Below are positions 54,406-64,000 of a stretch of 64,000 nt of DNA, in pieces; positions within the stretch are counted from its first letter, which is position 1; every line of letters starts with the position of its first letter. A model generated the notes under the pieces. The model was not told where the DNA came from. It did no database searches and was given only the letters and a program-made list of their open reading frames with translations. Position numbers and translations under genes: made by a program. The stretch covers positions 2,208 through 66,207 of the forward strand of contig JBAYHR010000003.1 in assembly GCA_041666045.1 (NCBI GenBank). Reading direction: 5' to 3'. Origin of the DNA: Minisyncoccota bacterium (GTDB lineage: Bacteria; Patescibacteriota; Minisyncoccia; Phycocordibacterales; UBA9973).

Positions 54406-57400
54406 TTGGGTTGTTTTTTTATAATAATTTTTATTTTTGGATTGGTTGTTTTAACAAAAGTAAACGCTGATGCCGATCAAATATATTTGCATTATGCAGA
54501 TAATACAGCTGGAGCAAAAATTTTAGATATTTATCAAAAAAAAGCTAATGCTGGTACCAATTCTGATAAATGGTTCCGTTGGGAGTTTTTTCAATATACT
54601 AGTGACGCTTGGGATTTACAACAAAACTCGGTTGGTCATGTTTCTACCTTAGATCTACAAACAACTAGAGATGACTTTACTTATGTGAATGGTTCTGGCG
54701 ATGCAGGAACTTGGACTGATGTTACTGTTGGTAATATTGTGGCTAAACGAAGAATCTCTTCAACAAACTATGAACCATACAGTGCTTATGCCACCTATAC
54801 AGCTACTGATAACTATAATGATGTCTATTTAGGTGTTCATATGGTTGGTACTGTAGGTGGTGTGATAAGGGTAAAAATTAATGGTGTTGTTTCGACAAAT
54901 AATTTAGTTGGGTTAAATACCACTATGGGGTTAAATACAAATGGGGAATTCGACGAGGGACATTATTTAACAGACAATGTTAATCCTCGATGGATTCATA
55001 TTGCTACAAATATTAACACTGGTGATGTAATTACAATTGAAGTAAAAGGTAGTACTGACGCACACAATAGACATGACATCACTGGATTGAAATTATATAA
55101 GGATGCAAATCCAGGTGATGCCAATTGGGTCTATTTAAAATCTCATGATGTAATGGATAATCCAAGTGAACAATATGTGGCGATCAGTGGTAATATCCCC
55201 GGTCAAGCTGTTGGATATAAATTTGGAATTGCTCATGGACACGAATATAACGCGGCCATTACCATTAATTTAGATGGCACTGCTTATGTTTTAGATTCTG
55301 ATTTGTCATACAACCAAGTTATTATTGGAAATACTTTAGACATTACTGGCATTTCCACTTGTTATGGAGATACAAAAACTACTGATGATTTTGGTACTTT
55401 AACTCGAGCTATGGTATTTGAGGGGAATACTTTAATTGAATCGTGGGCATTAGCTTTTACTACCGATTTTCAAGTTGCAAATGTTTATACTACAATGTGG
55501 CCAGCCGATTATAGCACCGATAAATTATTTCGCTATGTAAAATTTAGTGATAATTTCGTTGTTGACCTTCCGAATGATGGGGTTGTTTTTCCAATGCAAG
55601 TTGGCCCAAGTGTTGCTAGTGGACGAATGGAATATTTTGGTGGAACAGCAAACTTAAAAGTTACCATACAAACTACCGCCCCATTGCAAGAAGAATGGAT
55701 TACAAATAATGGGCAAAAAAGTTATTTTCGTGGTTCTACAAATCACTATGTTGGTTCGTTCCATAATGGTGATTCTTTTAGCAGTACTGCTACTATCACT
55801 TTAAATTACGAAACTCCAACTGATGTAGATTGGTCTGGTAAAACTTTATATATTGCAAAAAATAAAACGATAAGTACGAATGATGATTTTGTTCCTTTTG
55901 ATGGTAAGGGTTTAGTAACAAAGTTTATGGCAGGTAGTAATCTAGGACTGACCTTTAATAATTTTGCACCAACAAAAACATATTTTACAAGTCAAGATGA
56001 TGACAGTATTGGAATTGAGGAACGAAGTTCTGACCACTCTCCAGCGAAAGAGGATTGGGCAGGAATTTCGGTGAGTGGTGTGGCTAGTGCTACTCATAAT
56101 ATATTTTCTTATGGTACAACAGGTTTAACTTTAATTGGTAATGCTAATGCATATAATAATAGTTTTAATCAAAACACCACAGGTATTAATGCCTCATCAG
56201 GTTCAACAGTAAGAAATAATGCGTTGGTAAATATTACAACTTATACAACTGGTGCAGGGGATTTTGATTACAATTATTTTTCAGGAAATACAGAAACTCA
56301 TGGTAAATCAGGTGATCCTTTATTTATTAATGCTACTAATGCGAATTTTTCACTACAATCAACCTCTCTTGCAATTAACTCAGGAACCAACGTTTCTCTC
56401 ACTAGTGATTATTTAGGAAACCCAATAGTAGGACTTCCAGATATAGGAGCATACGAATTCCAAGCTCCAACAGTACCAACTTCACTTTCTCAATACAAAT
56501 CAGATGGAACAACAGCAATAATTTCTGGAACTTTCACGAATGAAAATAGTGTTGTTTTGAAATTCAATATGTCTTCATCAGAATATAATTCATCTGATTC
56601 ACTAACTCCACAAGTCGAGATTCAAGAATTAGGTACTGCATTTACGAACATTGTTACTAACTCCGGAGATGCGGTTGCTTACTCAGGTTCGGGAGTAACA
56701 GGAACAGTTTTGGTTACTGGCTTAACGAGTGGCAAAACATATCATTGGCAAGCAAGAATAAGTAATTCGGCTGGACAAAGTTCCTGGGTTGCCATGGGAG
56801 GTAGTCCAGATTTTCAAGTTGATACAACAATTCCAGTAATTACCTTACTTGGGGAAAGTTCAATTACTTTAACAAATGAACAATCATACACAGATGCAGG
56901 AGCTACAGCGATAGACAACATTGATGGAGACATTACTTCTTCCATTATCACAGTTAATCCAGTAGACGTAACTGTACCAGGAACATATACTATAACTTAC
57001 AATGTTACAGATGCTACTTTAAACGTAGCCACAGAAGTAACAAGAACAGTACGAGTGGAAATTTCATCAAGTACTGGTAGTAGCGGTTATCTTTCAGGTT
57101 CCTATCTCCTAGGTTATTTACCAAAAGCAATATCAACTATAACTTCAAAAATAGAATCAACAACTTTAATAACAACTTCAACAATTTCTGAAATACAAAA
57201 AGTAACAAAAGATTTAAAGTTTGGAATGACAAACAAAGATGTAAAAACACTGCAACTATTTTTAATTAAGCAAAATAAAGGGTCAAACGCAAAAGCTTTA
57301 GCAAAATATAATGGAACTAATTATTTTGGAAAGTTAACAAGATCTGCTTTAGCAGAATGGCAGAAAGCAAATAAAGTAATTCCTTCATATGGATACTTTG

Positions 57401-57441
57401 GAAAAATAACCAGAGCGAAGATTAAATTGTTGAATTTGTAA
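54406..57441 (+). CDS. large secreted surface protein: signal peptide, parallel beta-helix repeats, Ig-like/FN3-like modules, C-terminal PG_binding_1 domain
   Basis: Hydrophobic N-terminus with VNA|DA. Beta-helix-type repeats (NIFSYGTTGLTLIGNANAYNNSF..., DIGAYEF). The Ig-like module resembles DUF5011 (PVITLLGESSITLTNEQSYTDAGATAIDNIDGDIT). C-terminal peptidoglycan-binding-like repeat (LQLFLIK...GKLTRSALAEWQKAN). TTG start. Confidence 0.7.
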   Translation: MGCFFIIIFIFGLVVLTKVNADADQIYLHYADNTAGAKILDIYQKKANAGTNSDKWFRWEFFQYTSDAWDLQQNSVGHVSTLDLQTTRDDFTYVNGSGDAGTWTDVTVGNIVAKRRISSTNYEPYSAYATYTATDNYNDVYLGVHMVGTVGGVIRVKINGVVSTNNLVGLNTTMGLNTNGEFDEGHYLTDNVNPRWIHIATNINTGDVITIEVKGSTDAHNRHDITGLKLYKDANPGDANWVYLKSHDVMDNPSEQYVAISGNIPGQAVGYKFGIAHGHEYNAAITINLDGTAYVLDSDLSYNQVIIGNTLDITGISTCYGDTKTTDDFGTLTRAMVFEGNTLIESWALAFTTDFQVANVYTTMWPADYSTDKLFRYVKFSDNFVVDLPNDGVVFPMQVGPSVASGRMEYFGGTANLKVTIQTTAPLQEEWITNNGQKSYFRGSTNHYVGSFHNGDSFSSTATITLNYETPTDVDWSGKTLYIAKNKTISTNDDFVPFDGKGLVTKFMAGSNLGLTFNNFAPTKTYFTSQDDDSIGIEERSSDHSPAKEDWAGISVSGVASATHNIFSYGTTGLTLIGNANAYNNSFNQNTTGINASSGSTVRNNALVNITTYTTGAGDFDYNYFSGNTETHGKSGDPLFINATNANFSLQSTSLAINSGTNVSLTSDYLGNPIVGLPDIGAYEFQAPTVPTSLSQYKSDGTTAIISGTFTNENSVVLKFNMSSSEYNSSDSLTPQVEIQELGTAFTNIVTNSGDAVAYSGSGVTGTVLVTGLTSGKTYHWQARISNSAGQSSWVAMGGSPDFQVDTTIPVITLLGESSITLTNEQSYTDAGATAIDNIDGDITSSIITVNPVDVTVPGTYTITYNVTDATLNVATEVTRTVRVEISSSTGSSGYLSGSYLLGYLPKAISTITSKIESTTLITTSTISEIQKVTKDLKFGMTNKDVKTLQLFLIKQNKGSNAKALAKYNGTNYFGKLTRSALAEWQKANKVIPSYGYFGKITRAKIKLLNL

Positions 57442-57456
57442 ATAAAAACATAAACT

Positions 57457-57492
57457 AAAAATCCTCCGACGTTACGTCGGAGGATTTTTAGT
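57457..57492. terminator. bidirectional terminator between the surface protein gene and the dsbA-like gene
   Basis: AAAAATCCTCCGACGTTACGTCGGAGGATTTTTAG: 11-bp GC stem with A/T runs on both sides. Confidence 0.85.
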
Positions 57493-57500
57493 TTTAATTA

Positions 57501-58187
57501 TTATAATATTTTATCAATTTTTTGAATTATGTTTTCAATTGGTTCTGCTCCGTCGATAGTATCAACAATTTTTCCATTTTTTAGGATGAAGCTTTTTGGA
57601 GTTCCATTTACACCAGCTTTATTTCCACTATCCATATCAGCTTGTACTTTTCCTTTTGTTTTTTCATTTGTAAGACAGTCATTAAATGAAATAAGATCAA
57701 GCCCAATATCTTTTGCAATTTTTGGAAGTTCTGTTACATCAAGTCTATTATTTGATGTTGTTCTTACATAAAGTTCATCAGTATATTTCCAAAAAGTATC
57801 ATTTCCACCTTGCTCTGATGCGCATTCCATTGCTACAGATTCATTGAAAGCTTTTGGATGAAGTTGCACAATTGGATAATGTCTATATACCCAAGCAACT
57901 TTTCCATCATATTTGGTAATAACTTGATACATTGTAGTGTGGAATATTTTACAGAAAGGACATTCGCTATCTGAATATTCAACTATCACAATTTTAGCAT
58001 CTGGATTTCCTAAAATATGATCATTTATTGAAACGGGTTCTATTTTTATATTTTTTATGTTAGCTTTATTATCTAGTGAGTTGGGGGCAACAGCAGTACT
58101 GCCTTTTAATAAAATAGCCCCAGCTATTATCAATCCAGCTATAATTATAGCCCCAGCTATTTGTTTTTGATTGTTATTTTTTTCCAT
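57501..58187 (-). CDS. DsbA-family thiol:disulfide oxidoreductase, membrane-anchored
   Basis: N-terminal TM. CPFC active site in SDSECPFCKIF. Thioredoxin fold. Confidence 0.75.
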   Translation of the reverse strand: MEKNNNQKQIAGAIIIAGLIIAGAILLKGSTAVAPNSLDNKANIKNIKIEPVSINDHILGNPDAKIVIVEYSDSECPFCKIFHTTMYQVITKYDGKVAWVYRHYPIVQLHPKAFNESVAMECASEQGGNDTFWKYTDELYVRTTSNNRLDVTELPKIAKDIGLDLISFNDCLTNEKTKGKVQADMDSGNKAGVNGTPKSFILKNGKIVDTIDGAEPIENIIQKIDKIL

Positions 58188-58257
58188 AAATTTTTAAATT
58201 TAATATTAATATTTTATTATAGCATATTTATTTTTTATGTTATACTTTTAATAAATT

Positions 58258-59553
58258 ATGAATATAATTTCAGGAATAGTATTTGTTTTAACCTTTTTAT
58301 CTGTATATGTGCAGGTTTTTTTTCTTATTACCTTTTTAGAAAGAAAAAAAAATATCCTTATTAGGACTGGTTCAATAGAGCTAGATGAATATCCTGGGGT
58401 TACAATAATTGTCCCTTGTTATAATGAAGAGAAAACAATAACTATTACAATTAATTCGTTGTTAAATTTAGATTATCCAAAAGACAAACTGCAATTATTT
58501 ATTGTTGATGATGGAAGTAAAGACAATACTTGGCAAGTGATTCAAGAATTTACAAAATATGAAAATATAAAAGTTTTTCATAAAAAAAATGGAGGAAAGT
58601 ACACTGCTCTTAATTTAGGACTTGAAAAAGTTGAAACTCCTTTTCTTGGTTGTCTTGATTCAGATTCTTTTGTTGATTCTCAAGCATTAAAAAGAATTAT
58701 GACTTATTTTTATGATAAAGACACAATGGCAGTAGCGCCCTCTATTATAGTGGATAAACCAAAGAATATTTTACAAGGAGCGCAAAAAGCAGAATATGAT
58801 ATGGCTGTTTATAATAAAAAAATGTTGGCTTTCTTGGGAGGGATACATGTTACTCCAGGACCTTTTTCAATTTTTAGAAAAAAAGTTTTTGAAGATTTAG
58901 GTCCTTATAGACATGCTCATAATACTGAAGATCAAGAAATAGCGCTTCGTATGCAAGAGCATCATTATAAAATTGAACATTGTCCTGATGCTTATGTTTA
59001 TACTATTGCTCCAAATACTGTTAAAAAATTATATCGTCAAAGATTAAGGTGGATTTATGGTTTTATAAGAAATGCGATAGATTATAGAAGACTTCTTTTT
59101 AGAAAAAAATATGGGACAATAGCTTTTTTTACATTACCTTCTGGAATAATATCAGTTTTATCTGTTATTTTTTTATTTATAATGTTGTCTTATAATTTGA
59201 TTAATTTTATTGTTCGTAAAGTAATACAAATTAATGTAGTTGGTATAAGTAATAGTTTTTCAGGTTCTAGTTTTGATCTATTTTTTTTTGATACAAAAAC
59301 AATAGTATTTATTTCAATTATTTTGTATACTTCAATTATAATATCTCTTCTTTTAGGAAGAAGTATATTAGAAGGGAAACCGCGTGTTTCTTTTGATATG
59401 TTTTATTTTATGATTATTTATAGTGTAATTGCGCCATTTTGGATTCTAAAGGCACTTTTTAATGCTGTAAGATCCAAAGAATCAAGCTGGACTCTTGAAA
59501 TAGATAAAAGAGATGCTAGAATGGTTAAACAAAAAAATGCAACAACAATTTGA
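58258..59553 (+). CDS. processive family-2 glycosyltransferase (PgaC/IcaA/BcsA-like)
   Basis: DXD-type motifs (IVPCYNEE, FIVDDGSKDNT, LDSDSF). QRLRW (QxxRW) motif. TM helices at the N- and C-termini. Confidence 0.8.
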   Translation: MNIISGIVFVLTFLSVYVQVFFLITFLERKKNILIRTGSIELDEYPGVTIIVPCYNEEKTITITINSLLNLDYPKDKLQLFIVDDGSKDNTWQVIQEFTKYENIKVFHKKNGGKYTALNLGLEKVETPFLGCLDSDSFVDSQALKRIMTYFYDKDTMAVAPSIIVDKPKNILQGAQKAEYDMAVYNKKMLAFLGGIHVTPGPFSIFRKKVFEDLGPYRHAHNTEDQEIALRMQEHHYKIEHCPDAYVYTIAPNTVKKLYRQRLRWIYGFIRNAIDYRRLLFRKKYGTIAFFTLPSGIISVLSVIFLFIMLSYNLINFIVRKVIQINVVGISNSFSGSSFDLFFFDTKTIVFISIILYTSIIISLLLGRSILEGKPRVSFDMFYFMIIYSVIAPFWILKALFNAVRSKESSWTLEIDKRDARMVKQKNATTI

Positions 59554-60226
59554 TTTTAAAAGATATATAATAGTTTTTTTTATAACTCTTGGCCTGTTTT
59601 TGACAGCTGTATATTTGAGTAATTATTTTAGTGATAAAAAATTAAATCAATTAAAATCCATTCAAGATAAAATTTCTATTGATATATTATCTTCAGAAAC
59701 TCAATTTTCTCTTCTTTCGGAGCTTTCATGTAAGAATGTTTCAGATTCTGTTTTATCAGGTGAGTTGAGTGAATTGGGACAGAAAATAGAATGGGGTCAG
59801 AATAATATTGGTACAACAGAAGAATTATTATATTTGAAAAAATATTATTCTCTGCTTCAAATAAAAGACTATATTTTAATGAAAAAAATTTCTAGTAGGT
59901 GCGGAAAGAAATCTGCATTTATTTTATATTTTTATACAACAGCGCAAAATTGCAGTGAATGTGAAAAAGAAAGTATTGTGCTTACAACACTTCGTGATAA
60001 ATATCCAGAATTACGGGTTTATTCTTTTGATTACAGCACTGATCTTTCTGCTCTAAAAGCTATGTTAGATATATATAAAATACAAGATACAAAACTTCCT
60101 GCTCTTGTGATTGACGATAATCTTTTAACTGGATTTCACTCAATGGATGAATTAGAGTCTATGGTTAAAGAATCTTTTAAACTTCAAGATATAAAAACAA
60201 TAGACGAGAAAAAGACTGTTAAATAA
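59513..60226 (+). CDS. membrane-anchored thioredoxin-like protein (CxxC)
   Basis: N-terminal TM. CSEC motif followed by a thioredoxin-like beta-alpha pattern (LPALVIDDNLLTGF). Overlaps the GT2 gene by 41 nt. Confidence 0.4.
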   Translation: MLEWLNKKMQQQFDFKRYIIVFFITLGLFLTAVYLSNYFSDKKLNQLKSIQDKISIDILSSETQFSLLSELSCKNVSDSVLSGELSELGQKIEWGQNNIGTTEELLYLKKYYSLLQIKDYILMKKISSRCGKKSAFILYFYTTAQNCSECEKESIVLTTLRDKYPELRVYSFDYSTDLSALKAMLDIYKIQDTKLPALVIDDNLLTGFHSMDELESMVKESFKLQDIKTIDEKKTVK

Positions 60227-60323
60227 GGATCTTTTTTCTATTGATTTTTAATAATATATAGTATATAATAGTTTTTGGTATTTTAAATTTGTTCTTTTAT
60301 ATAAACTTAAAAACTATTAAAAA

Positions 60324-60872
60324 ATGGGGAAAAATTCTATTGCTATCTCAGCTCAACTGAAACAGTACGGTTTTACTGGTAGTCATTTTAGTGATTTTAT
60401 TTCAAACAATAATGAAATTTTTGAAATAAGAAATTGTATATCTATGGAAATTCCTGATGGTGAATTTGGTGAAAAGGAATTTTTAGAAAGATTACAAAAT
60501 AAGGGTTTAAAGAAGTTTGTTTTTTGTGATGATTTTAAAAAATATTTGAAATCTTGCAAAACAAGGCTTTTATCAAGGAAAATTTTAATAACGTCCTGTT
60601 GTTTAAAGAAACAATTGGATGATAGTAAAATTTTACCAAAAGATAATCATTTTAATCATTCAGATATATTATGGATCATTAGTCATTTAATTACAGAGAC
60701 AGAAGAACTAAACATAAAAAATATGTATCCTAATATTTTTTATGTTAAACAAGGATTTAGTTTTTTTGTAATTATCGTTTATTTTACTAAAGAAAATAAT
60801 CTTTGTATAGGTAAATTTTCTTTAGGTGAACATAAGCCATATAAGAAAGATTCATATTTATTTCTAAACTGA
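60324..60872 (+). CDS. hypothetical protein
   Basis: 182-aa ORF followed by a strong terminator. No recognisable motif. Confidence 0.4.
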   Translation: MGKNSIAISAQLKQYGFTGSHFSDFISNNNEIFEIRNCISMEIPDGEFGEKEFLERLQNKGLKKFVFCDDFKKYLKSCKTRLLSRKILITSCCLKKQLDDSKILPKDNHFNHSDILWIISHLITETEELNIKNMYPNIFYVKQGFSFFVIIVYFTKENNLCIGKFSLGEHKPYKKDSYLFLN

Positions 60873-60888
60873 TTATATTTAATTTTTT

Positions 60889-60923
60889 AAAAACCTAGAA
60901 CTTGAAGTTCTAGGTTTTTTTCT
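60889..60923 (+). terminator. rho-independent terminator
   Basis: AAAAACCTAGAACTTGAAGTTCTAGGTTTTTTTC. Confidence 0.8.
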
Positions 60924-61060
60924 TGTAAATAAAGGATTATATATATAAATAAATAACTTATCCACAGTTATTTTGTTATATTATTAGTATAAGAGTAAAA
61001 TATAAGGTAGGTCTAATAATCTTAAAAATAATTTGTTTTAAAAATTAAGAATAATCTAGT

Positions 61061-62269
61061 ATGAAAAAATTTAAAAAATATTTAGTTTTTGCTTCTGTTT
61101 TTGCATTTATATTTAGTTTATCAGGTTCAGTTATACATGCTGCAGGTCCAGCAATAGTAGATCTTGGGTCAGCAGGTGATTTTGTTATTTTAGCAAAAAC
61201 AGGAATTTCAACAACTGGAACTACTTCAGTCGTTGGAGATATTGGAGTTAGTCCAGCCGAGGCAACTTATATCACTGGATTTGATTTAATTCTTCCTGCA
61301 ACGAGTGCATTTTCTACGTCTGCTTTAGTGACTGGAAAAGTATATGCCCCTAGTTATGCAGTTCCAACTCCAACTAAAATGACTACAGCTGTAAGTGATA
61401 TGGAAACTGCTTATACTGATGGTATGGGTAAAACAAATCCAACTGCAACTGAATTGGGTGCTGGAAATATTGGTGGAATGACACTTGCTCCAGGATTATA
61501 TAAATGGAGTACTGGTGTGACAATACCAACAGACGTTACTCTTTCAGGTGGATCTAATGATGTTTGGATTTTTCAAATAGCACAAAATCTTGATATTAGT
61601 TCAGGTAAAAAAATTATTCTTAGTGGAGGAAATGCTAGTAATGTTTTCTGGATTGTAGCTGGACAAACAACTATCGGTACAACTGCAGTATTTAATGGAA
61701 ATATATTAGATCAAACAGCAATTGTGTTAAATACTGGCGCAACATTAAACGGTAGAGCTTTAGCTCAGACGGCAGTTATATTAGATGCAAATACTGTTAC
61801 AGTTTCTTCTGGTGGGGTACAAGGATGTGCTAAAGATTTGCATATTTGTTCTGATGGAACTACAGTTTCACGTTCAGGATCTGATTGTGCTTTTGATGCT
61901 TGTCCTGTAGTTGAGACTTCAAATAATTCTTCTTCAAATAATAATTCAGAAAATTCTAATTCATCAGCAAATACAAATAATGCTAGTGCTTCTAATACTT
62001 TATCTAATCCATCTCTTTTTGGACAAACAATTAGTGCAATTGCCGGTAGTTTAAGAAAGGGTAGTATGGGAAATTTTGTAAAAACTTTACAACAATTTTT
62101 AATGTCACAAGATATACAGAATCAAGCTCTTAAAAGATATGGAGCTGATGGACAATTTGGTCCTGTTACTAAATCTGCTTTAGTAAAATGGCAATTAGCT
62201 CACAATTTAACTGGTGATGGAATTCTTGGTCCAAAAACAAAAGCTAAGATAAAAGATCTTGGTTTGTAA
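61061..62269 (+). CDS. secreted DUF3494 (ice-binding-like fold) protein with C-terminal PG_binding_1 domain
   Basis: Signal peptide. DUF3494 start LGSAGDFVILAKTGISTTG...VGDIGVSPA. C-terminal peptidoglycan-binding-like repeat (FVKTLQQFL...GQFGPVTKSALVKWQ). Confidence 0.7.
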   Translation: MKKFKKYLVFASVFAFIFSLSGSVIHAAGPAIVDLGSAGDFVILAKTGISTTGTTSVVGDIGVSPAEATYITGFDLILPATSAFSTSALVTGKVYAPSYAVPTPTKMTTAVSDMETAYTDGMGKTNPTATELGAGNIGGMTLAPGLYKWSTGVTIPTDVTLSGGSNDVWIFQIAQNLDISSGKKIILSGGNASNVFWIVAGQTTIGTTAVFNGNILDQTAIVLNTGATLNGRALAQTAVILDANTVTVSSGGVQGCAKDLHICSDGTTVSRSGSDCAFDACPVVETSNNSSSNNNSENSNSSANTNNASASNTLSNPSLFGQTISAIAGSLRKGSMGNFVKTLQQFLMSQDIQNQALKRYGADGQFGPVTKSALVKWQLAHNLTGDGILGPKTKAKIKDLGL

Positions 62270-62342
62270 ATTATTATTAGTTAATTATTAATTTAATCCC
62301 AGTAGTAGAGCAAAGCTCACTACGGGACAAGTAAAAAAATAT

Positions 62343-63965
62343 ATGAAAATATTTAAGTTTAATAAGATTTTAATTATTGTTTTAGTTTTTGGGTTTACCC
62401 TTGGTTTAGTTGGATTAGTGGCAGTTAAAGCTGCGACTACAATAGATCTAGGCACAGCAGGTGATTTCTCAGTTTTAGCTGGTTCAGGTATTACTGATAC
62501 TGCTCCTTCTAATATTATTAGTGGAGATGTTGGATTAAGTCCAACAACTGGTGCAGCTATTGGGATACCCTCAACAGAGGTAAACGGAGTTATATATTCT
62601 GTTGATGGAGCTGGTACAGGTGATATAATGGATGCTAGTCGTTTAACTACAGCTAAGGGTGATTTAGTTACTGCTTATAATGCTGCTGCTACTGCGGGTT
62701 CAGCTACTACTATTACTGCCAGTTCAACTGACTCTTTTGGTTCTGGCACCATAACTAATGGCAACTCTTTGACACCAGGTGTATATAATTCTGGTTCTAC
62801 AATTGGTATTACGGGAACATTAGTACTTGATGGTGGTGGTGATGCAAACGCAGTTTTTATCTTTCAGGCTGGATCTTCACTTACTACAGCAACAGATAGT
62901 GTTGTTAGTCTTATAAATGGTACTCAGGCTTGTAATGTTTTTTGGCAAGTTGGTAGTGATGCAACACTTGGAACAAATTCTGAATTTTATGGAACCATAA
63001 TGGCTATCTCTTCAATTACAGATGATGGTGATTCAACAATTGAGGGAAGATTATTAGCTGATGCTAATGATAATACCACTGGTGCAGTTACATTAAACAA
63101 TACAACAATTACTGAATCTGTATGTGCTGTTGTTCCTGCTTCAGGAAGAACTCGTTTTATTGCGCAACTTCCACCTCCACTTATCAATGTTACAAAAATA
63201 CCAAATCCATTAGCTTTACCTTTAGGACCAGGATCTGTTACTTATAATTACATAGCAACAAATATAGGTGAAATTGCAATGAGTGATGTATGGGTTAGAG
63301 ATGATAAGTGTAGCTCTGTACAATTTATTTCTGGTGATGATAATAATAATTCTTTGCTTGATATAAATGAAGGATGGAAATATAGCTGTACTAAAACAGT
63401 TTCTGAAACTGAAACAAATACAGTTACTGCTCATGGTGCAACAACTAATGGTGAAGTATGGGATACTGCAAATGCAACTGTTGTTGTTGGTATACCAGTA
63501 ATTCCACCATTAATTCATTTAGTAAAAAAACCAAACATATCTTTACTTCCAGCTGGTGGTGGAGCCGTTACATATAACTATACAGTAACTAATCCTGGTA
63601 CAGTTCCATTAAACAATGTTAGTATCACTGATAATAAATGTACTGGTTTACCAGGTCGTGTTTTATCACATCCAGGAGATTTAAATAAAAATAATCTACT
63701 TGAAAGTAATGAAACATGGAGTTTCACTTGCCAAACTAATATTATACAAACAACAACAAATATCGGTACAGCTGAAGGTCATGCTAATGGTTTAACCGCG
63801 ATAGATTTCTCACCTGCTACTGTTGTTGTGGCACCAGTAGTTCCAAAACTTCCTAAAACAGGCTTTGGTTCTGAGAATAATATTTCTTGGAATATTATAA
63901 TACCAGCAGGTATTATGGGAATTTTAATTTCTTTTTATCTTGCTCGAAAAAAACAAACAAATTAA
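62343..63965 (+). CDS. surface protein: signal peptide, DUF3494 domain, two DUF11-type repeats, LPKTG sortase anchor
   Basis: LGTAGDFSVLAGSGITDTA...GDVGLSPT. Two ~95-aa repeats (VTYNY[IT]ATN[IP]G...). C-terminal LPKTG, a hydrophobic segment and an ARKKQTN tail. Confidence 0.7.
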   Translation: MKIFKFNKILIIVLVFGFTLGLVGLVAVKAATTIDLGTAGDFSVLAGSGITDTAPSNIISGDVGLSPTTGAAIGIPSTEVNGVIYSVDGAGTGDIMDASRLTTAKGDLVTAYNAAATAGSATTITASSTDSFGSGTITNGNSLTPGVYNSGSTIGITGTLVLDGGGDANAVFIFQAGSSLTTATDSVVSLINGTQACNVFWQVGSDATLGTNSEFYGTIMAISSITDDGDSTIEGRLLADANDNTTGAVTLNNTTITESVCAVVPASGRTRFIAQLPPPLINVTKIPNPLALPLGPGSVTYNYIATNIGEIAMSDVWVRDDKCSSVQFISGDDNNNSLLDINEGWKYSCTKTVSETETNTVTAHGATTNGEVWDTANATVVVGIPVIPPLIHLVKKPNISLLPAGGGAVTYNYTVTNPGTVPLNNVSITDNKCTGLPGRVLSHPGDLNKNNLLESNETWSFTCQTNIIQTTTNIGTAEGHANGLTAIDFSPATVVVAPVVPKLPKTGFGSENNISWNIIIPAGIMGILISFYLARKKQTN

Positions 63966-64000
63966 TTTAGTTGTTTAAAATAACTAGTAAATAATAACCA

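Overview
Very AT-rich window (roughly 30% GC by eye) that looks like a small-genome, monoderm-like bacterium, probably from the Candidate Phyla Radiation / Patescibacteria. Supporting this: K-rich tails on ribosomal proteins, many hydrophilic in-frame insertions in housekeeping proteins, a type IV pilus locus without a secretin, and LPxTG/sortase-type surface proteins. The standard genetic code fits, because rpoB and rpoC are intact long ORFs.

Gene content along the window, in order:
- ECF sigma factor with a putative anti-sigma factor.
- A complete type IV pilus / competence-pilus locus, with comFC divergent from it: pilM-N-O, pilB, a CheY-like regulator, pilT, pilC, two paralogous major pilins, pilD, and four minor pilin-like genes.
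- ligA.
- A GC-rich single-gene cassette next to tRNA-Ser(GGA).
- Cardiolipin synthase, a TerC-like membrane protein, and a DUF2779 nuclease-like protein.
- A monomeric-type pheS, then gyrB.
- A small islet inserted at the 3' end of thrS, carrying an excisionase-family HTH gene, a Doc toxin, a family-4 UDG and a MazG-like gene.
- thrS, rpmF, a nusB-Nudix fusion, rnc, a Cys-rich repeat protein, and a short SMC/Rad50-like ATPase.
- A DD-carboxypeptidase-CapA fusion and rnr.
- rpsP and a KH-protein gene, then two unknown genes sitting where rimM is expected, then trmD.
- rpoB-rpoC and dnaG-rpoD.
- A cell-envelope locus: a large beta-helix/PG-binding surface protein, DsbA, a processive GT2, and two DUF3494 surface proteins, one with an LPKTG anchor.

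The most notable non-genic signal is a family of short palindromic elements, each with AT-rich inverted-repeat arms around a GC-rich core. Copies are inserted in frame in ligA (two) and in trmD (one). Related inverted-repeat copies sit between genes and end within the start codons of two other genes. This resembles the Rickettsia palindromic elements.

Other structural features:
- Two small islets are each flanked by a direct duplication (33 bp and 37 bp) of the 3' end of the upstream gene.
- A heptanucleotide tract directly abuts a minor-pilin start codon.
- A (GA)9 tract lies upstream of the large surface-protein gene and could act as a frame switch.
- The two major pilin genes have identical 5' ends.
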